Positions 25,025 through 38,039 of a stretch of 64,000 bases of DNA are shown one piece after another. Every line of letters starts with the position of its first letter. The stretch's first letter is position 1. The stretch is from positions 60,016,001-60,080,000 of the forward strand of contig NC_045701.1 of NCBI RefSeq assembly GCF_009834535.1, written 5' to 3'. The stretch comes from Camelus ferus (taxonomy: Eukaryota). The notes under the pieces are model-generated. The model saw only the letters and a list, made by a program, of their open reading frames with translations, was not told where the DNA came from and ran no database searches. A program made the position numbers and the translations under genes.

Positions 25025-26360
25025 AACTTACTCGCTCATTCACAAAACCATTTATGTGCAAGGCAGGGTCCTGAGAGGCAGGGCGTCAGTGCCTGCAACC
25101 TGAGTGGGTTCCAGCAATGGTCTCCACCATGGTGTGGGGTTGCCCAACTGTCTAAAGGAGGTCTGGAAAGGTCTTCTTGTAAAAGGTGAGTTTTGAGTTG
25201 AGTCTCAATGGACAAATAGGAGTTTGATAGGTGAAAAAGAGAAGAAAGGATTTTTTACAAGATCTCATGTCCCAAATCACTAGGCAATAAGCTTCAGAGA
25301 GGTAATGGGTATTTTTCACGATTTGGACTATATTCTCCATTACACTGTCTGACACATAACATAGTTTGTTCTCTCAGATTATAAGTGAAATAGCACACCT
25401 GCCTGGAGAGTCTACACGTAGTTAAAAGGGGCTGAGATGCGGATTTTATGTGTCTGGGGTGGTGAGGAACTACATGCAGGGCTGTTGTGTACCTTGCGAA
25501 GGAGTTTGGATGTTATCGTGGAAGGGAGAGGGAACAGAGAAGGATTTTAAGTGAGGACATCACATGGTCAGAGTGTCATCTTTGAAATGTCACTGGCAGC
25601 AGCTAGAGGACAATGAGTCTGGAGACAAAAATCAGCTACAGATCCACCACCAGAGGCTAGGTGAGACATGGCAGGAGGAGTGGAGAGGAAGGGGTGGGTT
25701 TCAGAGAGGCTCAGAAAGTGGACTCACTGGATCCGCACATGGTGGGGAACTCGGGCTGCTGGGGAAACAGTGGAGTCAGGAATGGGAGGTGTCAATTAGG
25801 GGTTGAGGGTAAGACTTTGGACTCTGGACAAGTTGAGTTAAAGGAACTTATCCCAGTGAGACACTTTCAGAAAAGGTGCACAAGTAGGTTTGAGAGTAAA
25901 GTCTGTGCCCGAGGCTCAAGAAAAGAGTCTGACGACACCCTGTTGGAGGTTCTCTTATGTTTGTTTTTCCTCCTTCTCCTACCCCAGAGAATCTCAGGTA
26001 GGTTTGGAAATCGTAAGTCTGAATCTTGCAGTGGAAGGAAAAGAGGACTTAGGAGCCTCAGGGTTTAAAGGCAGCCAGAGAGATGTGTGCCAGCAAGGAG
26101 CCTGAGAGGGAAAGTTAGGGAAGAGTGATGGGAGGACCAGGGAAGAGGGGAAGCAAGGAGCCAGGGAGATGCATCAAGAAGGAAGCCAGCAAGAGCATCA
26201 GATGCTGCGGAGAGGCCAGCCAAGGTGAAGCATCTTTGGATCTGACGCTGGAAGGTGACAAGGGTTCCAGGAGCTGTTTCAGTGTCAGAGGGAGACAGGG
26301 AGCGGATCGCAAGGGATGGCGTGGATGTGAGAAGGTGTAGAGGGGAGGTGATGATTGTCT
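25025..26360 (-). mobile_element. L2 fragments
   Basis: ctcattcacaaaaccatttatgtgcaaggc...gaaggattttaagtgagg...ggtcagagtgtcatctttg...gagcatcagatgctgcggagagg. Confidence 0.65.
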
Positions 26361-26409
26361 TTAAAAACATGACTTATTCTCTTTGGCTGCCAATTTAGAT
26401 GAGTCTTTT

Positions 26410-27000
26410 TTGGTGTGAATGATAGAAACCCCTCCTCAAACTGGCCTTAAAGCAAAAGGATTTGTGGGCTCAAATAACTAAGAAGTTCAGAAGTAGGGAG
26501 GCCTGATCTAAGGGTTTAAATGATACCAAGCCTTGGTCTCCTCCTGTCTCTCAGCTCTCTCTTCTTTGTTGGCTTCATTCTCCAGCCCAGCGTGGTGACA
26601 AGAAGGGGGCCAGGCACTCCTAAGTTTGTGTGCTTCCAGACTGAAGTCCAGCAGGAGTGAGACTCTAATTCTTCCTTGTAGATTCAGGATGCCTGATTGG
26701 ACAGACTCGGATTTTTGTGCCCACACCCAAACCAGTGACTGAGGGTACGGAGTAGCATTTACTCAGGTGGCCAGATACAGGGCACATGTCAGCTCCAGGC
26801 CAGTCCTCGCAGCCGAGGGAATTCATTGCTCTGTTGAGCAAACCTGGGTCACGTGTCCACTCTGGAATGAGGGATAGGATCTCAGCTGAGCCATTTGGGC
26901 GAATGTGAGGGTGAGGCAGTTTTCAGATAAAGCTGAAATGCTGTTCCCAGAAGCTGGAATGGATGTTCACCTGGAGATAAAATACACTATAGCTGTAGAG
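26410..27000 (-). mobile_element. MLT1-class (MaLR) LTR
   Basis: aaactggccttaaagcaaaagg...gattggacagactcgg...cctgggtcacgtgtccac...tgctgttcccagaagctggaatggatg. Confidence 0.7.
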
Positions 27001-29444
27001 GCAAAACTGGCGTCAGTGAATGGAAACTATTGGTCCCTGCATTTCTGCTGTTAGAGAAAGATCTTCCTTGGGGTACAGGAATGAAAGCGGCCGGCTGTGG
27101 TGGTAGTGAGTTGGCTGTCATTGGAGGTATCTAAGCAACCACCATGAATAAATGCCAGCAACTATCAGCACTATGGAGCTGGAACAGGTAACCGCTAAGG
27201 CCACCTTTTCCAACTATTTCTCTGTGACAGAGTAAGGAATACATTTTACCCTAAAACCCACTATACCCTTATACATGCATACAAAACTGCAAACAGTATT
27301 TTCATTCCATGATTCTTGTTCTTACTATTTTGCATGTTAACATTTTCTGTTCCACTTGATTCTACTTAAAGGTCCCTGTTGTGTGCAGCCTATTACATTG
27401 TTTTCCTGTCTCACTAATGAGTCTCGACCTGCAGTTGGTAAAAGCTGTTCTCAGGTCAGAGGTCATAGATGGACTAATGCTTGAAGACGGCGTTGGTGTC
27501 TGGTTTTTCCACCGGGAAGGTGGCATGGGGCAAAAACGACGAAGCAAACCTGTCGAACTGTGAGGGCTTCTGGCTCCAAGTGCTGGAGTCTCCTGCCATC
27601 TGTCAGAGCTGCTCCTGGCCCATCGGGGTGGAGTGGACTTCTTTGTGGGCCCCCCGGGCAGTGGTGGAGGGAGCGTGTGGGCTGGATTGCGGAGGCAGCC
27701 TGGCAGTCCGTCTGTCCAGAGGCTGGCGGCAGCTCCTTCTGCACCAGCAGCAGAAGATGTTGTGAGGTCGAATGTGTGTGCATGTGTGTGGCTCTGCCAG
27801 GCTTTTATATTTAAAGATGAGGGAGTGGCTTTCAAAAATAACATATTTTTGACTTGAAACAAGTCAAGGCAGAGTGGAGACAATTAGAGACTGACATCCT
27901 GTTTAGTCATCTCTCCAGAGAGCTCTATTTTCAGAATTGTTCCATCAAGGTTCACAAGTGGCGTTCAGATAGTTAAGGGGATATCGTTAAGTGAGCAGCA
28001 GTCGTGATGCAAGAAGCTGATGTGAATACAGGCGAGTTACAGTGTGGTAACCGCACTGATGGCGGATTCCATGAAGAGAAAGGCAGGGTTTATAAGAAGA
28101 GGCTGTTATATAGATGAAGCTTTCTGAGTCAGTTTGAAACAGGTGTCTTTTATTTTGAAAAAGTATACTCAGGGTGTAGTGTTTAAAAATAGGTGGTGGT
28201 GAGCTTGGATAAGTTCAATGCATTTTTTTTCCTTCTTCAGTATTTGTCATCTATAGGTACAATAAAAACAGTAAATAGTATGATTAAGGCTCTTTGAGAT
28301 GGTGGGATGGAAGCCCTGTCAGAAACACTGAGTAATGACATCATGGACTTTCCGATAAGAGCAGTGAAGCTCGGGATGGCTAAGGACCTTGTCTAGAGTC
28401 CAAAGCCAGTGGTGGCAGTCAGATGGGGGCCCACATCCTGGTCTAGTCTGACACTGTACCACATGATTTGCAGCTCATTTAAATTTAATATTCTACCCCA
28501 ATGGCCATCCACATCTATACTCAGCATCTCTGGACCTCTCTCTTTAGATGAAGTATCAAAGACAGAACTGGAGCCATGGGTTAATAAACCAGACAAGATT
28601 TTATTCAGGACAATTGTAAATTCATGTGTTTGGGTCCAGGAGAACCTCGGAGTCCATGGCCTCGAGGTGTTCACAGGTAGTTCACAGTTAGCACAAGGAG
28701 GGCAAAGCCTGCCTGCCTGGGCCAGGGTGGTCAGAGCAGATGTGGAGGGCACTGCCGCGTCCTGGGGATGTACTGTGGAAGGGGCTTTGGGACACAGGAG
28801 TGTGTACCGAGGACGGGACCTAGTGAGAAGACATCAAGCTGCCTCATTTGCAGAAGTTGCGTCTTATTTTCTCAGCTCATAGATAAGAACTTGAAGGAAA
28901 GTTGATGTTCCTGGAAAGTGTTGAGAGTATGGAAGGCACAGCGCGGGTACCGCCTTCCCTGCTGCTTCCTGAAGATGGACTGCACTCAGGTGGAAGTGGT
29001 TCAGAGAGAGACAGCACTCTTCCAGTCAAACTCATCCCTTCCTGCAGCTACAGGCTTGCCGCTGACCAGCCACGTTTGCTCATGGCCTAATGTGTTGCCA
29101 TTATTTCTCCCCTTCACACACTTGCCACATGCTTTAATAGAGTGTTGTTCTTACAAATGGTGCCCGTAAATTAGAGGTGTCTCCAAAACAATGACCATGT
29201 TTATGGATGCTTATCAATGTCACAAAGAGCCGAAGTGGAAGAGGAAAAAATCGAGATTGAGAAAACACGGCAAGATGGATCTCCTTCAGATTGCTTTCCA
29301 GCCGTTACAGTTTCTTGCACTATCCCTAGTTGCTCGCTGCTCTACTGTTTAATGAAAGGCTGAGATCCGATCTGTGGCTGCGATTTGCACATTGAGGCCT
29401 CTCTGTAAAGCGTTATAAGAGGCCCACAAGAAATACGTCAAAAT

Positions 29445-29477
29445 CTGACTATAACATACAATTTTTTCTCTTTGTAG
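29445..29477 (+). promoter_or_regulatory. Exon 2 splice acceptor: candidate branch point CTGAC, pyrimidine tract, TAG
   Basis: ctgac at 29445-29449 (A about 29 nt upstream of the AG); ttttttctctttgtag ends at 29477. Confidence 0.8.
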
Positions 29478-29541
29478 GTGGATCTCGAGCCGGAAGGGAA
29501 AGTATTTGTCGTAATAACCCTAACAGGGAGTTTCTCTGAAG
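29478..29541 (+). CDS. PRKCH: PRKCH coding exon 2 (64 bp; phase 0 start, phase 1 end), end of the N-terminal C2-like domain of PKC eta
   Basis: Translates to VDLEPEGKVFVVITLTGSFSE plus 1 nt, matching recalled human PKC eta VDLEPEGKVFVVITLTGSFTE. Flanked by a pyrimidine tract and TAG acceptor (ttttttctctttgtag) and a G|GTAAGA donor. Missing from the ORF track because it is a short internal exon. Confidence 0.97.
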
Positions 29542-30017
29542 GTAAGAATGAGTTTTGGGTGTTTTCTGGTATTTGTATAATCTTACTTCATGCTCTGTAG
29601 GAATTTCTATCACAGAAATTATAAGAAGAGCATTTTGTAAAAGATGCTTTAAAAAAATTGACTGTTTAAATTAGGCTGGCTGGTATTTTGTTGTCTTAAT
29701 GGTCTGTTGGTTTGGGTTGCCAGATTAACTATATTTGCTAACTCTGGTGACCTTGTGTTTTGTTTAACATACTCACTGAGTTCTTAATTTTATTCATCAT
29801 CATCCTAGTTCTTAGTTCAAGAGGTTCTTGTCTCTCTTGTTTTATGTCTGTTAGACTGTACTTGAGATTTTTGGTTGGGACCAACCTTTTAGTTTGCCCC
29901 TGAATGTATTAAAAAATCTAAGGATCATGTCTTCTTCCTTATAATCTTTATCTCATTCTGTCCTTTCAGGGGTTCTGTTCCTCTTCCCTTGATACTACCC
30001 CCACCTCTCACTCCCCA

Positions 30018-30748
30018 ATTTTTTTTTAAATTGAAGCAAAATTTATATACAGTGAAATGAATAGATCAGAAGTGAAGAATTTTATTTTGACAAATGCATA
30101 CAGCCGTGAAACTAGCACTCCAGTCCAAGACATAGAACATTTCCGTCCTTCTGAAAGTTACCCGTGTCCTTTCCCAATCAGTCCCCTGCTGCCAGAGGCA
30201 ATAAATGGTTTGTTTTGTTTTTCCACCATAGATTAGTTTTATCTATTCTAGAAGTTCATATAAATGGAACTACATTGTGCATTCTCATTTGTGTCTGATT
30301 TCTTTTGCTCGGCATAATTTCTATGAGACCCATTCACATCATTGTGTATATTAGTATTCTGTCCCTTTTTATTGCTGGGTATTCCATTATATAAATGTAG
30401 CACAATCTTGTTTGCCCATTCTCCTCTTGATGGGCATTTTGGAGTTTTCCCTGTTTGGGGTTATTATGAATAATGCTTCCATAGACATTCTTGCACATAA
30501 ATTACACTTTGATTTCTTTTGGGTAAATACCCTAGAGTGGAATTGCCACGTAATAGAGGAGATACATATTTAACTTTATAAGAAACTCTCAAATGGTTTT
30601 CCAAAGTGCTTGTAGGTCTCATATTCCAACCAGCAATGTATGAGAGTGCCAGGTACTCCATATCCTCAACAACACTTGCTATGGTCATTCTCTTTAATTT
30701 TAGACATTCTGGTGGATATGAAATGCTATCTTGTGGTTTTAATTTGCA
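30018..30748 (-). mobile_element. Old L1 (L1MB/L1ME class) 3' end
   Basis: ttttaaattgaagcaaaatttatatacagtgaaatg...ttcatataaatggaa...gggtaaataccctagagtggaattg...tgtggttttaatttgca. Confidence 0.88.
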
Positions 30749-33229
30749 GATCAAATTCCCTCTATTTTCTGTCCCTTTCCTGGTTGCTCTCCGGTGTTTC
30801 CAGTGAATTGTTTTATACTGTATTTCTAAAAATGTTAGTTTTTGGTTGGAGAGTTAGTCCTACTACAAGCTTCTCCACCATCACTAAAATCCTCGTGAAG
30901 ATCTTTAAATGTGTGGCTTAATGGTTTATCTGCTTGGCAGTGGTGTTTTGCAAACTGGCAACACCTTCTTTAAGAAACAGTTTTCTCTCCTCTCAGCCAA
31001 CACTACTCATTCATGTGGGCAAATTGTCTTCATGTTGACATTTCTCAACCTGCTGTCTCAATCGTTGCATCTTATCTTTTTGCTCTCATATTGAAATTAG
31101 CAGAAACCTGGGATGCCTGAATAGGAAAAAACTATTTGGGGGTCTCCTGCCTGCTCACAGGTCTCTTAGTTTTGCTTGGTATCTTGTACATTCAGGATTT
31201 GTGAGAAAAATGAATCTACTCATAACTCAGTTGAACACAATGTAATGTTGTATCACAGAAAACTGCCGATAGCACATTCTTACAGCACGTGGAACGTGTG
31301 CACAACCGTAGTATAGGCAATCCCAGCAGTGAGAAAAGAGGCAAGAATGAGGAGTGGGTGAGATTTTGAATATGCTAAACTACCTTTCTGCACTAAGCGA
31401 CAAGGGACCAATGGAGTAAGGCCACGCGTGTTAGACCAGGCCTGACGGTGCCATAGTCATTACTTGACATCTTTTTTCAGAGCCCCACTGGCTGTCTAGG
31501 ACTAAATTTTATTACGTTTCTATCTTCCTTCATTGTAAAGTAGAAAAATCAAGGCAGTGGCACTGGAATACTCGTTGGTGTTCTCATAGTATTAATTTAC
31601 TAGTTTTAGTGGTAAGAAGAAGGGAATGTCAAGTCTTCCCAGGGGTGAGTTCTTTCCAGGTCATTGCAATTGTATTCCTTTCAGAAGTGACCCTGGGTGA
31701 AACTGTGAGGCAGGCTGAGTTCATCTTTGGTAATTCTGCCTCCCTTTAAGTTAGTCCTTCCTGCTTTGTTCCTTCAGCTGTCTCTTAGTCCAGTAAGATG
31801 CCCAGGGATCTCCTCTCTCCAGGAATACTCGCTAATAAGGAAGATAGTGAATTCACAGACGAATTCACACTAAAGTGATAGTGATTGATATCTGAGTACT
31901 AGATCCTTCTTGGGTGTGTCTGCATATTTTTAAAGATGCTAAAAGAGCTGTTTTAGCCATGAGAAATAGATTTTTAATGTTGACATTTCAGGAGCTGTGG
32001 CGTCACTGCGTGGGCTATGTTTTAAAAGCTCAGATCTGCTTGCTCTCTCTGTGGGAGGCTTGTCTTGTTAGTTTTCTCCTAGGCTGGGGGCTCAGCTCAA
32101 GCTGGCTGGTTGCCACTGCCTTAGGGCTCAGCTGCCTTGTCAGCTGCAGAGGACGTGGCAGCAGCCTCTGTGTGCATTAGACAAGAAGGGAATGGAGCCC
32201 CCCAGCCCCCATACAGCTGCCTCTGCTGTGGTAGCCCTAGACCCAATGCTGTGAGGATGTCGCTGGCTTGGCCTCACTCCTATCAGCCACCCTGGGTGAT
32301 CCCTGGCCATCAGGCGACAGGTTGACTGATAGAACATTTGGGGTTTGAGTTCCCATTTCAGACACTGAAGGATTTTACATGAGGGAGCAGGATGAGGTCA
32401 GACTTCCCCAGTGTGTCTCAGGTTATGACAGGGGCATTGACCTGGGATCCCAGAGGGGTTGTCAAACTCAAGATATGTTGGTAGAGCCTTGGGGTGCATC
32501 TGATCTATCTCACAGGGTCGTTTTGAAGGTCAGATAATATAATGCATAGGGAAGGGCTTTGCAAACTGTAAAGTGCTCTAGGAAGGCATGCAGGTGGGTT
32601 CTTATCCCTGTGTTCCTGTTGTCATGGCAGCAGGATTCCTGTTATTCTCCCCACCCCTGCCTGGGACCCCATGTATGCCCAGCAGGTGTGGTTTTTTTTT
32701 GACAATGCCTTTATTTTATACTAGATGCCTCAAGAATTGAGTGGACAGTTTCTAATATGATGTTGGCTTATCGCCATGCCTGTTTCCCTTTCATGGCCTC
32801 CTATGGGGGTTCTGCCCTTAGCCCAGATACTACAGTCCCAGAGTTCTCCTTTAAAAAGCAATTGCTGAAATGGAGATGTAGTCTGTGATGTACAGGACTG
32901 GCATTAGGAGCTACTGACTACTCCTTATTTCATCCTGTCTCGTCTTCTCATCTTGCATTAATTATGCCGAATTAGCAGCGAAGGCAAGAAAGTTTTTATT
33001 AAATACCATATAGGATTCAGAAGTGTCATGAGAAACACCTGCTGATTACAGACCTGTGATCTCATCACAGACGCTGAAGAGGTAAAGATGAACAAGACAT
33101 GGATGCTTTGGTGAAGGAGCTCACAGGACTGGGGGCAGATGCAGCCCATGTGTGCAGCGAAGGGGCCCAGGTCCCAGCGCAGGAATGAGTCCAAGGCACA
33201 ATGTGGGCTTGTGGGAATATGTGATCAGA

Positions 33230-34200
33230 GCAGGCAGAAGATTTTAGAGGAAGCTTCACAGGAGAGGTGATGTTTAAATCAAGTTGGAATGATCAATAGA
33301 AACTTGCCAGGAGGGGAAGATAGTTCAGGAGGGGAAGATAGTTCAGGAGGAGAAGATGGTCCGTACACAGGCGCAGAGGTGAGAAAACAGTGACGGGTTC
33401 TGGAGACTGAAAGTGGTTGTGGGGGGCGGGTGCCAAAGGTGGGGGTGCAGTGGGAGGTCTTGCAGAGACTTGGGAGGGCCTCATGTGTCAGTTTGCCTGG
33501 GATAGAATGAGTTTATTTGCTGTACCAGTATAACTATTAACAACATCACCTGTCACTCTCAGAAGGATCCCAGGTTAGAGGATAAATTGCATGGTCACAC
33601 TACTTCTAGGCTAGTAGACATGATGGGGTGCCATTGAGGGGCTTTAAGGAAAGAGAAACAAAATGTGACTTGGTAGCAGTGGGTACAAGGGGCTTGGGGG
33701 AGGGGGTTGTTAGATCATAAGAGGAGACAGGGGTGTGGACAGCCTGTAAGAGACTATTAAAGTTGTCTAAGGGAGAGATTTCTAGAGCTCGAGTTAAGTT
33801 GGAATCTGCGGGGATGGATGCAGGGGACGGGACCGCTATGAGAAATGCATAACTCATGAAATCAACAGGAATTGGCAGTTCATAGGGTGTCAGGGATGGA
33901 GATGAGCCTCCGATGATGCTCAGAGGATGTTGTGGAGTCATTTACCAGAGTAGAGACATGGGAATGGAATGTGATGAATTCAGCTTTGAACAGGTGGAGT
34001 TTGAGAAGCTTGTGGGAAACCCAAATGGAGATGTTTAGTAAGAACTAGAAATAAGAGTCTAGAGTTTGGGAAGAGATCTCGGCTTGAGATATATCTCTGG
34101 GAGCCAGTGGGAGACAAGCACATGGATGAAGGGATGCAGTGAGAAGATTTAGAGAGAAAACCAAGGCTGACTAACAGAACTCTGTGGAATACCGATAATT
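33230..34200 (-). mobile_element. L2 element
   Basis: gaagcttcacaggagaggtgatgttt...gagtttgagaagcttgtggg...gagatgtttagtaagaactagaaataagagtctagag. Confidence 0.7.
33308..33360. repeat. 18-bp tandem repeat x3 (caggaggggaagatagtt)
   Basis: Two perfect copies (33308-33325, 33326-33343) and a third, diverged copy. Confidence 0.9.
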
Positions 34201-35219
34201 AAGGACCTGGCTCACAGATCCTAATTTGTCAAACTCACCCCAATGATGTTGATGGTTTATTTAATGAACACTCATTTTATTAATGCATTCATTATTCATC
34301 CAATAATATTTGAGTGCTTACTGCATGCCAGGGACTGCTTTGCCAGATAGTATAACATCTTCCAAATTGGCATCAAAATGTTTGATAATGAAGTTTGAAG
34401 AAAAGACAGGACATAAAAGGCTTTCTGGAAAGTCCCACTTGAATTGGTGTTAACAGTCATAGCTTCACAAGGTGATGATCCAGTGTGCTGTGTGCAGGTT
34501 TCTGCTTAATGCCGAGGTGAGGAGTGAGCCTGCTTAAAATCCTGCAGTGAGGGCTCTTCATCAAACTGAGATGGAACGAGAAAAACTCTTTGTGGAAGTC
34601 TGTCGCAGCGCCGAAGGCATAAGATTATCTACTGGATCAGAAACCCATTACCATTGTTTATCTAAGAAAGGTGTTCTCACTCTTGATCAGATACAGAACT
34701 CTCCTGAGCACTGCTGCTGAAATAGACACAATAGAAGTGATTGATTACTTTGAAAAAGCTGTCTCATGTCACTCTTTATTTCATTCTGGCTAAGCCTTTC
34801 TGGAGGCAAACAACTGGATTGACCACCTAACCAAGCTGAAATTTATTAAGGCGATGACAGAGACCTGGCTTTGTAATTCACAATGACAGATGCTGTCACT
34901 GTGACCCTGTTTGATCATCACTTTATTGGACTAGTTCTTACCTGGGAGAGTGGAGTGGATTAAAAAAAAGAGGTTTGAAGAACTGAAGAAAATGCATTGA
35001 ACTAAACTCAGAGCAGCAATAATTGGAAGAGAAGCAACACAAAGAAATTAAATGGTGATAGCCCCTTATGTGAGAACAAATCAGGAAAGATGTTGCTGCA
35101 CTGTAATGTTATTAAGAAATACGCAGTAAGATTTGAAGATTATGTAGTTTTCGCATAAGTGAAATTTGCCTGGTTTCAGGGCACCTCAAGCTTAAATGAT
35201 GGTCCCACAGAGAGAAAAC

Positions 35220-35880
35220 CAGACAATATGTGCTTCCTGATGGGAGCCACATGCCATCTGTGAGGTGGTCTTGTCAAGAAAATTGAGCTCAAATCTGGTC
35301 AGGCTTCCAGATCTAACTGCCAGTTGAGAGGAAGTATAGGGGACAGGGGCACGTTTTAAATGACACCATGGGATGCAGTCAGGAAAATCCAGATTTTGGA
35401 AAATTTTGATAGGACAAGAGACTTGACTAAAAATTGGAAGAAAAGGGGGAGAAGAGAAGGAGGGAAAACCAAAATTACAAAAGAGCAACATATTAACCAG
35501 TTTCAACATGTGGAACATGTCAAACACAAATGGCAAAACAATGACTCCCAGGACGCAACTGAGAAAATGGGCCTGGAGACTGTATACACGATGATGTGAA
35601 GGAGTTAACATTGTTTCACTGTGATTGCGGTATTGTGGTTGTTTAAAACAAAAGGAACATCTGTTAGACATCCATATCGAAGTGTTTACGGATGAAATGA
35701 CATGCTATCTGAGATTGACTTCAGGATAATCCAGAGTTGGGAGGAGGGGATAGGGTACAGATAAAAGCAGCTTAGCCACAAATTGGCTGTGGAAGCTGGG
35801 TGTTGGTTACATCTGGGTAGGTTTGTTGTTAAGTCTCTGTCTACGTTTGCATGCATCTGAAATTCTTTTTAATAAGAAAT
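35220..35880 (+). mobile_element. Old L1 (L1MC/L1ME class) 3' UTR
   Basis: gatgggagccacatgccatctgtgagg...gtattgtggttgttt...gaagtgtttacggatgaaatgacatgctatctgagatt...gaagctgggtgttgg. Confidence 0.8.
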
Positions 35881-38039
35881 TGAAATTACACATTTAAAAT
35901 ATCTGTTTCCTAGACAAAAACCAGAATCTGGGTTGCCTCCCTGATGTCGAAATAATGCTGTAACTTTGAATACACGCTACCCATTCTCATTTATAAATTA
36001 AAGCTGGTGTTTTTTGTCTGTATGTATTTTATCCTTAATTCTCAATTTTTATATATGATGAAGAGGCAAGTTAAAAGCTTTAAATGACTAAAGTACTTCA
36101 GAAATATCTTTAAAAGTTCCAAATAAATATGAGGCCATGAGTCAAAAACCGCAGGTAGGAAGACATGAGTAAGATAATTCCGTCCGTTCTGTCGTAAAGT
36201 TCTCGCTTAGAATGAATGACAAGTGCAGCGTCTCCTACTAACCATTGCATAACATTTGGCACTTGCAAAGTTTAATGTTAAGATAGTTTCCTAAAAGAAA
36301 AAAGTAAAGTGAAAGAATTAATGGGAGAAGTATCTTTACAAAGACAGTAAGACAAAAGTTCTGTGTGCACATGTGTTTTCCCCCGGAGTTCCCAAAGCAA
36401 ACTTTGAAAGTATTCAGCTTTGGAAAAGACAAACAAAAACACAACTGGACAAAGCACTTGTCATTTGCGGATGTGAAGCTCCTTGAGAAAACTTGGCTGA
36501 AACTTTAGCCCCCTGCTTTCGGACTCTTGTTACCTTGTTTGGAACTCATACGTATTTCCCACAGGAAGAATATGAAAAATGCTTAAATTTTGGTAGCTGC
36601 TTATTTCTTCTACTAAGGCAGCGCATTATGGAGTAGTATAAGCATCTGATCTTCTTCTTGAACCATTGCTTCATTTTTTCACTCAAATTTCTTGTGTCAG
36701 ACCACTGCTTTACACATAACTATGTTCTCTGCTAAATCATTGTGGCCACGTGCACCAAGGCTGATGAAACATGCGTTACTGCTTGAAAGCTGCCACCCAC
36801 AGTTTTTCACTGTTATCTGTTGCTCACAACATACGACATTTTTGAAGGAGAAAAAGTAATCTCTGATGGCGGTTGATTTTCAGTTTTCCTTTCTCATGTT
36901 TCAAGCCCAGTGACAGCTCGTTGATTTCATTTTTAAAATTTAGCTTTTTTCTTTTCTTTAATGTATTCTTCCCATATCTTCAGACTGAGGAATGAGCGAC
37001 TTCTTCCGTTCTCCTGCCGGTCCTTCCGTTCTCCTGCCAGTTTTGTGGCTCCCATTGGAAATGACTGCTGGGTTGGGGGACAGGGTAGGAGAGAAAGGAA
37101 GAGACTTTAAGGGAATGGGAGAGAAAGGGGAACTGGAAAAAGAAGTGACCTCTGTAAAGGCTTGAGACTAATTGTCCCATGTCACAGTTGGCTTGCTCCT
37201 CCCACCCGTGACAGCACGTTCATGTATTGAACCCCTTCTGAGGAGCAGACACTGTGCTAGGCTGTAATTGAGCAAGTAGCAACAGCAGCCCTTGTTTTCT
37301 TTCTGGCATCAGGACAGCCTCTTACCCTAGTAATTGATGACTTCGGTATGTTCATGCCACTGTCTGTATTATTTCATTTGCTCCCCACAACGAACTTCTG
37401 AGGCTGATGTGGTCCTCAGGATGCAGCTGGTAAATCCGGCGCAGAGACACTGATTTGCTTTGGTCTCATGGGTAATGAATGCCAGAGCCCAGATACAAGC
37501 TCAGGCTGGGATGCTGAGGTCCAAGATCTTCCTGGGCCATCCGGCTACCGGGCATGCGTTTTTGTGTTTTCTCTTTATCCTGCCTTGGAAGAAAACTGCC
37601 TTTGAGATGGTATAATTCCACCCTCCTCAGAGTTTTGTCATTTTGAGGGATGATGTCTTTTTGCCAGACTTTCCTTGGATTCCTCCTCCTTACACCTAAA
37701 GCTTGACATTGACCTGGGAAAGGTGCCACCTTCTCAAATGTGAGTCATGGATCAGAGAGCTCTGGGAAGATTGAGCTTGAGATTTGCTCAAGTTTTACTG
37801 TCATTGTCTGGAGGTTCTTTTACTGCAGACCTCAAACTAGAACTTGGAAGAAATTAAAAGTCAAATAAATGAGTTTAGCACAGGGAATAATAGCTGTATT
37901 GGCCTGGTTATACCCCCAGTCATCAATGGCTTCCTCCTGACTACTTCTCTTACTTTCGTTGCCCATCGATGATAAACTTTTAAGTGGTGTTTTTTTTCAA
38001 AATTTTTCATTTGGTTCTCAGCGTGGCCTACAGACCTCT

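Larger units (their letters stand above)
1..29477 (+). other. PRKCH: PRKCH intron 1 (3' portion; exon 1 lies upstream of the window)
   Basis: No exon-1 peptide found. The long mammalian PRKCH intron 1 is recalled knowledge. Confidence 0.85.

Noticed and set aside
28409-28882. 157-aa ORF upstream of exon 2 as an alternative coding exon
   Set aside because: No recognisable domain, not linked to exon 2 by plausible splice sites, and overlapped by an equally uninformative antisense ORF.
33308-33360. Short direct repeats as a CRISPR-like or functional array
   Set aside because: Head-to-tail copies without spacers inside an L2 remnant; an ordinary slippage duplication. The same applies to those at 38039-38060, 46786-46814 and 46878-46932.
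34330-35160. Possible processed pseudogene or ancient LINE fragment
   Set aside because: I could not match it to any protein or repeat, and there is no polyA/TSD signature. Left uncalled; a Dfam or tBLASTx search would decide.
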